In this document: in pieces, positions 39,401-51,800 of the stretch | How positions within the stretch are numbered: the first letter of the stretch is position 1 | How the letters are laid out: each line of letters begins with the position of its first letter | NCBI RefSeq assembly: GCF_964204645.1 | Contig: NC_134025.1 | Coordinates: 16,963,101-17,027,100 of the forward strand | Direction: 5' to 3' | DNA: 64,000 nt | From: Tubulanus polymorphus | Lineage: Eukaryota; Animalia; Nemertea | Made by a program: the position numbers and the translations under genes | Notes under the pieces: model-generated | What the model was told of the DNA's origin: nothing | The model's database searches: none | Seen by the model: the letters and a program-made list of their open reading frames with translations, nothing else

Positions 39401-42400
39401 ATTAATAGCAATAAAGGCAATGGTAACAATAATAATAAGTAATAATAATAGTAAATGTACTATTATATTGTAATAGACAAGGAGAATCACAGTACAATAT
39501 TTATGGATTAGCTCATTAATAACTATTCAGCTTCAGATTCTTGAGAGATGATAGGCTTTTAGCATTTCTCAACTTGATTGGTAGGTTTTGCCAGATGATG
39601 GGGACTTGAGCAAAAATGCGATTTGTTGAAAATTTGAGTACGATGATATTGGATTCTGGGTAGGTTTTTTCTTCTGGTATTGTATGTATGGTGTAAAGAA
39701 TTTGGATTGAATAGCCTGAGAATTGGATGTTGAAGGATTTTATTTACGTATTGATAGCCAAATTTAATCAGTTCTAATTCGACAAGGTCTTCAAATTTGA
39801 GGATTTTATACTTTTTGAAAAGAGGACTAGTATGGGCGTTAAATGATGAATTATCAATGTATCTGATGGCTTTTTTCTGTAGTTTGAATAAAGTGTTTAC
39901 TTGGGATTTAGATAGCATTGGGCCCCAGGCTACTAATGCATTGGTAAGGTGGGAATGTACATAGCTATGATAGAGTAGACGTTTAGCCCATGGTAGGAGA
40001 AAATTTTTTACACTACGGAGAAGAAATATGTTTTTCTTAATTTTAGAGACAAGCTCTTTCAAGTGTGAATCCCAGTTGAGTTGGTCTTCAATTGTTAATC
40101 CTAGGAATTTGCATGATTTAGTGGGTGTTATAGTCACTGGACCAAATCTTAAGTGGATGTCTCCAAGTTTTTTTTTCGAGAAAAGGATTGCATGAGTTTT
40201 TGGTATGTTTAGCGTTAATAAATTTGCACGGAACCAGTCAATTAAAATCTTGATATCTTTGTCAATGACTTTTTGGATTGAATCAATTTTATCAATTTCA
40301 AAAAGAATGTTAGCATCATCTGCGAAAAGAATTGTTTTGGACCTTTTTAGGTCATGATTAAGGTCATTAATATATATCAAAAAAAGCAAAGGACCGAGTA
40401 CCGAGCCCTGGGGGACACCAAATTTGATAGGTTTTAATTGAGAATCTGGGTTCAGCTTATAATTAACATACATTTTTCTGTTTGTAAGATAACTTTCAAA
40501 CCATTTATAACAGTGACCCCTGATTCCATAATGGGAAAGCTTAAAGAGTAGGTGACTAACATCAAGGGAATCAAAAGCTTTTGACAAATCTAAAAAGAAT
40601 GCGAGAGTTGTTTTTTTATTTTCAATGTTATTTAGTATGGCGCTTAAAAATTCATTTATAGCGTGGCCCGTTGAGTGATATGGTCTAAACCTATACTGGC
40701 TCATATAGATTATATTATTCTTGACTAAAAAAGAATAAAGCCTAGAATGTACGAGTTTCTCGAGGATTTTGGAGAAAATTGGGGTGTAATTAGAAAAAAG
40801 ATCTTTGTCGTTGTTTTTAAATATAGGGATAACCTTCGCTATTTTCATATCATCAGGAAAAATTCCTTCCTCGAGAGATTTATTCATTATTAGGGTTAAT
40901 GGTTTGAGAATATTTTGCTTTACTTTTTTAACTATTAAATTATTAATATTATCGTGACCAGAACTGAGTTTGTTGGGCAGAGATTTGATTAGTAAATCAA
41001 TTTCCTGTTCATTTGTAGGGCTAAGAAACATTGAGTTAGGGTTTTGGTTTGGTAAATAACTAGTAAAGTCTCTGTTCGATTTCGGAATCTCATTTGCAAA
41101 TCTTTCTCCAATAGTACAGAAATAATCATTGAAGCCATTTGAGATCATCATTGGATCAGATGTCACTTTGCCGTTAATTATAAAGCTATTAGTTGTCACT
41201 GAAGTTTTATCTCGGTTTTTCCCAATGGCTGTTTTCATAAATTGCCAGAGCTTTTTAGAATTATTTTTAAACATGGTTAATTTGTTTGAATAGTAATCAA
41301 GTTTTTGTCGTCTTTTGATATAGTTCAGATTGTTTCTATATAGGACATATTCCTTATATTTCTGGTCATTTTTATTTAGGTGAATACAATTCTTATATAG
41401 TTTATCACATTTCCGTGACGCTACTGGAGCACCATATGAGTTACCTACTTAAACCATACACCAATACAAGTGTCTTGTAAAGGGCTACTAACCACACATT
41501 GCAACCTCGATTCTATCACCAACGGTTAAGGACCTAGGAGCAAAAATCGTTGTTTTCACAGTCCCCTGGTGGCAGTTGTATGAACTAATCAGGCAGGTTG
41601 GCATATTACACACATGTCTTTGTACTTATACCAAGTTTTGTTATTCGAATAATAAACAGACCGCATTACATACGAAATATGGATGCTGAAATCGATTTTT
41701 CAAAATTTACGCCCCTAGTGGTTAAAACAGGTACTAATCATGTGAGGGGTTCATTGCATTTACTAACCAGGTACATGTGTATCAACTTTTATAGAAATCC
41801 AATGATACCCTTAGTCGATATAGGTGAAAATGTGTTTTCCTGCGTCTTATAGGTGGCGCTACTGGAGAACCATATGAGTTACATAGTTATACCATACATC
41901 AATACAAGCGTTTTGTCAAGGGCTACTGATCACTCATTGCAACCACAATTCTATCTCCACCGGTTAAGGAGCTAGGAGCAAAAATCTCTTTGAAAAATTT
42001 GGGGTCCCATTTTTGAGCCCGTAGAGCCCAAACCGTTGATCGCAGATAGGTTGTGCCATTGACTTTTTTTAGCCCCGGGCTGTCATGAACAACTTTCGTG
42101 CTCGACCGAAGCTGAAAACCCAGACAAAAATTTTTCTCACACAGTAACTTTTCGATATCAGAATTTTCAAATGTAAAACGCCCCCTGGTGGGTGAACGGG
42201 GTCCCCAATCAAAGATCCCTTCGACTAACCTCAAGGTACCTGTGTTTCGTACATCTCACGTAAGTTTCAAGTAAATCCGTTGCGCAATATTCTTGTTACT
42301 AGCCCAATTCGAAGTATTAAAGCCTATATATGATGCTCTCTATCTTGTGTTGCCGAATTCGAAGCTGTATATGATGCTCTCTTACTTGTGCATATGAAAC

Positions 42401-42806
42401 AAACAAGCTATAAAAATTCCTCAGTTGCGTTCAGTTGAGCAATGTCCTAATTCAACAATCGACTCTTAGAGGAGGTAAAAATATCACTACTGCTTATGTA
42501 TTTACTACAGATCTAGAACAACACAGCTCTATCAATATAAGGACACACACACAAACACACGTACTTAGGAGGTGCTGTGGGAATAAGACACGTATACAAT
42601 ACATATACGTATATGGATACTGTTTGAATCGGGCTTAAATTTCGATGTTTAGAGGCTCACAGTGAGTAAACAGTGCAATTCTAATTAATATTATATACAG
42701 TATTTGTCAATACAGCGTAATACTTGTGATCCAGAATGGTTTCACCGACAGTGAAAGTAAGTTGCAGTTGTTTATATCCTTTCAGTAAGATCCAGTGTGA
42801 AAAAGA

Positions 42807-42846
<40 letters not shown>

Positions 42847-45800
42847 CAGCAGGAATACAATAGGGGTTCTGCGAAGGCAGCAGAAACCCTGATAATAATA
42901 ATAATAATCAGCAGGAATACAATAGGGTTTCTGCGAAGGCAGCAGAAACCCTAATAATAATAAAAATAATAATCAACAGAATTACAATAGGGTTTCTGCG
43001 AAAGCAGCAGAAACCCTAATAATAATAATAATAATCAGCAGGAATACAATAGGGTTTCTGCGAAGGCAGCAGAAACCCTAATAATTATAATAAATATAGC
43101 TGCAAAGCAGCGATAACGGGTTTTCTGCACAGTCTTAGAATCCTGTTCAACGGTGGATTTCGACAAAGCATTTGATAAGGCACAACATCAGCCATTACTA
43201 AACAGGCTATTAGGAAACTATCAATGATAGGTCGCCCAAATGGCTCAGCAGTTATCTCTGAACCAAAACTTGAAATCAATGGAACGCCTCATCTTGGAAT
43301 AAGTCGGTCTAACTAGTGGAGTCACGCAAGGTAGTATCCTAAACCGTCTTCTGTTTAATGTCCTGACAAATGACATACACAGTAATCGAACATATACCAG
43401 ACCGAGTAAAATTCCAAATCGACCTTAACACACTGTTCGACCAAAAAACTTAATGTTCCAACAAGAAAATCTTGTTCGAATGAAAACAATTCTGTTTGAT
43501 CGAACAATACGCTTTTTGCTTGAACCAAAAATTTTCTTCATTCTGACAAAAAGATGAGTTCGAATAAAAAGCTATGTTATTGTTGAAATGAAAAATTTGT
43601 TGTCCCGGCAAAAAAATTTGGTTGAGCGAAAACAATTTTTTCGAATGAATGTTTGAATGAAAACAATTCTGTTCGATTGAACGAAATACTTAATACTTTT
43701 GGTTCGGAGAAAAAACTTTTTACAATATACTTGTTCGAACGAAAAACTTAATGTTCTGACAAGAAAATTCTGTTCAAATCAAAACGATTCTGTTCGATCT
43801 AATGGTTGTTCGAAAGAAAAACCTTTCGTTTGGACAAAAAAAAGGTTTGTTCAACTTTGTTCTAACGATTTTATCAAATTGGTTCAATCGAAAAGAATAT
43901 TATTGGTTGGAATGAAATAAATTTTGTTCCGACGAAAGAATTTTCTAGCGAAAGGTCTTTTGAAGATATTTCTGGGGCTCCGCTGTAACTTAAAGCCGGA
44001 CGTAGTTCGGCCTTGTGATGCGATGCGATCCTCGCAAGTTTCGGTGCAATTCGGTTGCGATACGATTGTCAGCGACTGTGTGCAACTAGTTTCTGCCAGG
44101 TGCAAGAGCGCGTCGGTTGGTTGTGACAGTCGTGTCGCGTCGCAGAAAGTAGAACACGTGCGACTCCTTGTGACTGGCGTTGCTGAAAGTCGCAACCCGT
44201 CGCAAGGGAGCGTAGGTCGATGAGTCGTTGCGACAGAATCGTCGCTGGCGGTCGCAGTGATTGGCGTCGCAGTGAATCACAAGCCGTCGCAAGGCCGACC
44301 TACGCCCTGCTTTAGTCATTAGGAATTAATGAAATACCAGTTTCATCTATGATGAAAAAACTCAAATAAAAGGGTGGCTTATAAAGCTGTCTGCTCAGGC
44401 GAAATGTTCAAAAAAATCTTCATTTTTGGCAAAAATCTTCATTTTTGGCAATAAAATTGATAATTGTGATTGATCGTTGCAAGTCACAACCAGTTAATCA
44501 CTAATGAACATGCATTTTAATAAATCTGATTCCTCCTTTACAGTGAACTTAGCTTTAACCTAGTAGAGGCTACTAGCCTATGTAGGCCTATGCGCATAGG
44601 CCTAACATCCGGACAGATTGGTCGTAGGCCTATTGAATAACAACCCACCTAAATATCGTAAATTTTGTTTTGAAGTTCAATGCAATGAGTCCGTTAATAA
44701 ACGCAACAATTATACTGTGTTTGTTTGAGACAGTAAAGCTCAGTACCGGTAAGCCTAAAGCCGCGTAAAACTCGATAAACACTTCAAGCGACACAGCGAA
44801 CGATCTCCTTTCCCCCACAGCGAACGCTTACTGCGAATGTCAAGTGTGAGTCCAGCATACGGAAAGGAGTGTACTGTTAAATACTTGTATTTAGTAAATA
44901 CCTTGTGCATTTGACAATGATCGGTATGTACTGTAGGAAAAATAGAGTTTTGATGGTATTGATATAGAGGTTGAAGCCCGCGGCCGAATAAAGTAATATA
45001 TTCTTTCTTTTGTATAATTCGATAGTATGGCTTTTTGATGGCGAGGTCTACCTGTAGTTCCGTTGAAAGGCCCACAGATTTCTTTTTTTTAAGTTATTAA
45101 TTTCTGATACATGTAGTAAATCTTTCTTAAAATAAAGCTGAAAGATTCCAAAGTTATCAAGTGCTCTGCTACCCGTGGATGTTTCTTTATGATGATTCGC
45201 GTTTGTACTTCTTTTAAATTTCTGCAATAAAGGAATTTTCATTGCAATAAATTCGCCTTAAATACTAGTGTTTATATGGTATTTTTCAGAAAATAGTACT
45301 TGAATTTTGTTGAAATAGGTCCTTGAAAGTACTTGAATTAAGTTGGGCCTGGAGGCTATGAACCCTGGATAATAATCACATCCATAAAAAAATCATATTT
45401 GCGCATAGTCTAGCTTTGTTAGGTGCACAAAATAAGAAATTAATCCATGAAAACTTGAATTCCATGCATAAATACATTCTAAGTAATTGATGTTCTTTGA
45501 GAATATACAAGAAAAAAACAAATCTAGAGGATTAAGGGAAGTGAATGACCAGGATAGGATAACTTGAGTGTGATAGCGATACTTTATTAATTTGGCTTAA
45601 GTATAGCTTATGCGGATTCGGTTCATCAGGGACAAAGGGATCCTCACGCACGACAGAACTCAAGATGGAACTTGCGACCCGGTGTCCTCTCTGACGTCCT
45701 TTCCTCAGAGTTGCAGCGTTGATAGCAGCGACCAGTACAGTCGATTCACCGTCCAGGATAAAGTAAATCCTGAATAAATAAAATATGCGAATTATAAATA

Positions 45801-48800
45801 ATAATACTGTTTATTCATTCTATGACGAATTACACACATCCGTAGTACACGGAAGTGTAAGGTGAATTGATCAAAGGCCAATTCGGTTAATCTAAAAGAA
45901 TAACCCACGAGTGGTGCTACTAGCTGGCAACACGAGAACGCGAACTAAGCCCGAAACGACGATTAACTGCCTGCCACATTAGTATTATTCATTCTTGAAC
46001 GTAGTAGTTGCCTGATCTCAGTTACTTGCAGGGTAGAGCACATTGAAACCACAGGGTTCAAAATCTGCCATGATATGAACTGTTTGATGCACTGCAGTTA
46101 TGACCACTGCGATAGACTTAAAGATGGTTATATCAAAGCTGTGGGTAGTAAGGCGTTGAAGTGGGTAGTGTAGTGTGGTGATCACACAGATCACAACGAT
46201 CATGGTTAGTGTAGTTATATACGGCCATGGAGAGGCAACATGTGAAATGAGGTAATAAACCTTTCAGTTTATTTCCAATGCATTTCTTTGAAAGAATCGA
46301 ATGATTTAGCTTTCATCTTTTTTTTTCAATCATTATTCATCGTACAAGATATTTATTTTCCATTTCAAGCACGAGTGGGGCGGGCAATCGCATGTGCGAT
46401 CATTTGAAGGCTTTACGGCTATTTCTTTAATTAAATCCTCCATAGTTGAGTTGAAATATATGAATGACATATGTGGCAAAATAGAAACATTTTTCATTTG
46501 TTCAAAGATCCATCTTAACCACGGGTCCCCCGGTATGCTGGTAAACACGTTGAAATACTAGGTACACGAATTAAAAATGCGAAAACACTGTCAGAAATTA
46601 ATTTAATCATGTAGATATAAAATCATAGAAGAGGTGCCCAGGTTGGCGGGTTCGTGTAGGTAGGCTATGTTCCGGTAGGCTATTTGACGCTGTTTTGTTG
46701 GTAGGTTGAGAGCCACGAACGCTGATATAGCGAGTTTAGTGCACACATAATGAGGAGCCTACGCATTGCAAACATATGGCGGAAACTCTCTTTTGAAAAA
46801 AATTGCATCCCAAGCAACCATTGCGGCCGAACATACTGTGAAAACATGCACTTGTTTATTGGCAATTTATAGTGAATAAGTTATGAATATGCACAAAAAA
46901 TAGGTTTGATATTTGGCATTTATTGCCAGTTTCATTGTTGCGCCATTCTGATGAGACTTTCATCAACATAATGGCCATAATGTTAACTTAAGTTGTATAT
47001 CATTATTATCTTTCAATTGTGATTGCTATAATGTTTTTGTAAACGGCCATTAAGGCTTCATGTTTTGTCTGCAATTCACTGCAAATAGTTATGTTACTAT
47101 GCAAATTTATATGTTTTTGACCGCTGTACACTCAATCGGGACAGTTCGTGAATAGCTTCACTGCGGCATTATCATTATTTAACATCGACATATCGCATCA
47201 TCTAGTCATATTGTGCGTTGAAACCCTAACAGCTGAAATAATTGAAATTCATGTACAATTTCTAACATTGAAAATTCAAAGGGTGGCCATGTTTGTTCTG
47301 CTGCTTCACATAAATCCCGCACAGTGGAGTGGGGCCAATATGTCCAGGCATATCTAGCAGCCTCAGTAGCTCAGTGAGATAAGGCTTGATGCTGTTGCAT
47401 CCACTATCAGTGCTGAGTGACGAATGGGTATGTGTCCTTCTGGCTGCTTACAGTGTGCGGGAAACTCTTCAAAGGCTGTCCTGTTGTGGGGTTAAAAGAA
47501 TAATTCAATAGGGCTGCTTGTGTTGGAAAACCAAGATCCAAACGACGCAAAGCCAAAACAAATTTTAAAAATATACCTAGGCATATTGTGTTACAATAAT
47601 CAATTGCAAAATTGTAGCTCATGACAAGTTCTATGATTTTGGTGAGTTTCAAGGTCATTGGGTTTTGTATATGGTCACCAGGGGTGTTGAATAGTAGAAT
47701 ACATTCATAATGAATCTTTCTAAGTATCTTCAAACCGATTGAGAGTTTCAAATGAAAATGTATACTATAAATGAAAGTTATTTGTTCTTGCATGTTGCCA
47801 CCAGAGGGAACTTAATGGATTAAATAATAAATTGTTCAAAATATCTTTTGCGTTGAGATTTCCAATTGATAATGTTCCCCAAAAATTAAGCCAATGTATA
47901 GTTGACACAGGCCATTAAATAAGCTTTGGTCAGCTTTAGTTCGAGCCAAAATGTATCCATGGATATTCACATGATGTTGGGTGAATGCTCTTTATGGTTT
48001 TAAGTTACTTGTATCCTTTTTTCATTCATAGAATTCTGGTTGTATGAAAAGAACAATGGCCACTGCTGTAATTGAACGAAATAAAGCAGTTCAGGATTTG
48101 GAGAAATACAAGATTGAAATTGATCGATTGAATCAAGATAAATGTCAGGTACATACTAGCATGATTGTGCGTGATATCTAATGAATTGATTACTTTTCAG
48201 AGAAAGATTGGGGATAACTCAATGTTCACGTCAGACCTGGGTTTTTGAGGTTGGCGATGTCCCGGAAATATACATGTCTGGTATTATGAGACCGGTGTTC
48301 TGTGTTATGTAAGCCTTCATGCCTGGGTAGGCATGTTTGTGTTATGTAGTGACATATGGTATTGAATAAAGTCATTTTAGTTTAGTATATGTAAGTGTAC
48401 AGTCCTCTTTACTGTTTTCCCGTCCGATTAGCGGATATTGGTCCCTCGAGCCGGATAGCTGGAATACAAAGAGATGCTGCCGAAAGGAGTTGATGAAAAA
48501 CTTAGCAGCCGAAATCGTGCTGGCAACTTATCTTATTTAACCCATTAGCACTCAAGCCGCCCGTATCCGCCCTGCCTATTACTCCTCAAGCCGCCCAAAT
48601 CTGCCCGGCACTTTTTTCGTATGCTGCATGAAAACGGTTATGGTGGGATTCGAACTGAATAAAGTCTATCCCAGTGGATATGATCGCGGTGCATCAAACA
48701 GTTCATATCATCGCAGATCTGGAACCCTGTGGTTTCTATGTGCTCAACCCTGCAAGTAACTGAGGTCAGGCAACTACTACATTCAAGAGTGAATAACACT

Positions 48801-51800
48801 AAAGTTTTCCCATCCTGGTCATTCACTTCTCTTTATTCCTCTAGATTTGGTTTTTTCTTGTATATTCTCAAAGAGAATTACTTAAAATGTATTCAAGCAT
48901 GGAATTTCGTGGATTAATTTCTTATTTTTTGCGCTTAACAAAGCTAGACATGCGCAAATATGTTAACAAATGACTATTTGTGGATTTGATTATTATCTCA
49001 TGATTCGTACGTACTGTATTGCTATTTTGCTTAAACACCATCCAAATAGAATGTTTCAACTTGAAAATTAGTTCTGACACTTTCTAATGTAAACATTGAC
49101 TTCGGTATCCTCGGAAAATATTCACTCTTGAATGCAACAAGACTTCAAAACTAATTTTTCCTTGCTAATTTCTTCATTTTCTTAGTGTAAGCTTCGAAAA
49201 GTTTTGCTCTTTATTCACTCTCGCCTGTTACTATAGTAACAAGCAGCTGGGGTCCAGCGAGTCAGGGATGCTCATGGTGAGTTTGACCACTTACAGCTGT
49301 CAGTATCAATTAAATTGTTGTTGATACTGGCTCTTTGAGAGTGGAAATGCCGCGATCATAACCACTGGGATAGACTTTAGCTTATGATAAACTAGACACC
49401 TAAGTCCTTGAAATACCAAACATAAATCAACATCCTCCTATTTCAATTTCTCTAGTTTTTCGAGTTTGAACATGACACATCTGAGCGCTCACTTCAAATC
49501 CAAGTAAGTTTGGATGAATTTCTGGGGGCCAAAAGGAGACGATTTTGATGGCCCATCTCTTCAAATCTTACATCATATGAAAGCCTTGACCATTTACTAC
49601 AAAATAACACTAACTTGTAATGCGTGGAAATAAACAGCGAATGAGCTATTAGGTATCGTGATGAACTTGGATTTTAATCTTAATTTTCCGAGGAGTAATT
49701 GACACTACATAGTGCAATTCCTGAGTGCTAATCGGTTGAAACAACTGTGTGACTGTCGATGTCATTGTAAATAGTCAAACTCCGCTGATTCCAGACTTGG
49801 AGCAATTAGAACTACTCATTACGCAGATAGAAGAGAAAAATTACGGTTGTATCTGATATAAGTGATGATATACTGGAGTCGATAGAGGCTGATGATGAAT
49901 ACACAGGGTTTGTCGCGGTGCTTGAAAAGCTTAAAACGACTTGAATTTGATAAATGCTATTCAAGCGCTTGAAAACGACTTGAAAATAGATTGAAAGCTT
50001 GAAATAATTAGGCCATTCCAAGATATCAATGGTCTGTTTGCCCTAACCTGACCAACCCGACTTCAAAGGTACCGAGTGGAAACTTTTTCCGGGATTCATT
50101 GAAACAAATTTTATTTTTGATAACAATGGCCGACTGACCGACCCACTGTCAATGTATTAGCTATGTACGTTTGAAGTCAAGTGTGCGTCGTGTGAAAACG
50201 TTGCTCGACTATCGCCTAGTTTTCCATGAAACTGGCATTCTTAGTGACTATATTATAGCTGGTAATGTTATAGCGCGCATATATTCAATATACTGTTGCA
50301 TTTTGAACGCAGAGATGACACTCAGGACTAAGTTAGAATTTTAAAAATTATTCTTGAAATCTTTAATTATTCTTGAAATACAAATTTCCCTTCCACAACG
50401 CAGATTTGGGGTATTGTTTCCACTAAAAGAGGTGATAAATTTGTTGTTTTTCTTTGCCATAAAAAAAAAAAAGATTCTACCTACCTACCGACTTATTCCA
50501 AAAATTTGAGTGTGTAACGGCAAACAGACATTTAATTTGGGATGCCTTATCCAAATATTAATTGCTATAAATATCTAAGCTAGGAAATGCTTGAAATCAT
50601 TGTGATAAACGGGTTTTATCTCTAACAGAATCGTATCAATGAGGTTCCACTGTAAAATGAATCGAAATTTTACCTTATTTTTAACATTTTTATATGACCC
50701 CCGTCAAGAACCTGTTAAAAATAGGCAAATTGGCTGCGACTATCGAAAATTGCTTCCAACGTGCCTGAAAAAACAGCTTGAAAATGGTAGAAATCTAGCT
50801 TGAATTGGCTTGAATTTCACCTGAGCTTGAGACAGTGAACTCTGATACAGGTCCAGGTTTCAGGAATTTGAGAAGAAATTACAGTACTTCAGAGACAGCA
50901 AGTTGTTTTACATGCAGTACACGCAGAGAAGCAGAGCCACTCCTCAACCGACAGATTCTGCTGGTTCAGCTCGCCCGAAGTCAACTATACCGAAACTTTC
51001 GTTACTGAAATTCGACAGCGAAATTAAGAATTGGCATTACTTCTGGGATTCGTACCGAGCAGCGGTTCACGACGTATAGTACGCAGTTCCAGTTATCCAA
51101 AAGTTTCAGTACTTGCGTTCGTTACTGGAAGGAAAGGCAAGTCTCAGCATTAGTGGACTAGCATTTAATGAGGAGAATTATTACAGCACAATAGACGTTC
51201 TAATATCTCATTTTTCGCAACTGCACAAAATTGTAGATGCTCACATGCAAGCTATTGTTGGGTTACCAATACTAAAATATTCGTCAAGCAGAGTTGGAGA
51301 TTTCAGAGACAGAGTCGCTTTTTGTTCATTGGTCGCAGCAGGTTGTGCTACTGATTCTTTGGGAGATATGCTAATATCTGTTGTGTTGAATAAATTTCCG
51401 GCCATGATGCACGGGAATTCAGTTCATCATTATGGAAATAAAGCGTTGACATAAGATTCACATTTTACGTCAAATTTCAACGTATGATGATCGTATAAGC
51501 TTAGCGTTGATTAAAGCTTCGAATATGTGCTTCAATTTTATGGGAAAATCACATTGGTCAAAACATTGTCATTCTCACTTATCATGTAAATTGTGTCACC
51601 GGAGACACCATATAAGAATTTGCTCATTGGCATTCAATCAGTCCGATGAAAGGAATAATTCAACTGATACAACAGGGTCATCGCCAACTGACCAGTCATA
51701 TCTGAAGTCCACAAGCTCTTTTTCAAATAAATCACAAGAAATTATGCAAACTTATACATAATGAATCATCGTTCAGTAGTGTGTGATTACTGCATGCATA

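Larger units (their letters stand above)
24343..45010 (-). mobile_element. Cluster of nested/head-to-tail HINE family G elements (minus strand)
   Basis: The 3' terminus (+ strand AAATATAGCTGCAAAGCAGCGATAACGGG, hairpin + subTIR) occurs at about 24343, 27653, 34687, 38518 and 43091. The 5' terminus (AATAGGGTTTCTGC...GCAGAAACCCTAAT with (AAT)n) occurs at about 38490 and four times in 42845-43082. Long shared bodies: 27650-32420 vs 43090-45010, and 33010-34685 vs 38770-42815. Confidence 0.75.

Noticed and set aside
39287-39490. Hydrophobic Ile-rich membrane peptide ORF
   Set aside because: It is a translation of a degenerate (ATT)n tract in the LINE 3'UTR.
39559-41274. Retron, DGR, group II intron RT, or an active LINE
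   Set aside because: Motifs and tail are those of L2/CR1-group LINEs; it is 5'-truncated without an endonuclease and has a deletion in a conserved motif.
42845-43082. Palindromic repeats with spacers resembling CRISPR or terminators
   Set aside because: The spacers are (AAT)n, and the hairpin is the HINE-G terminus also seen at about 38490.
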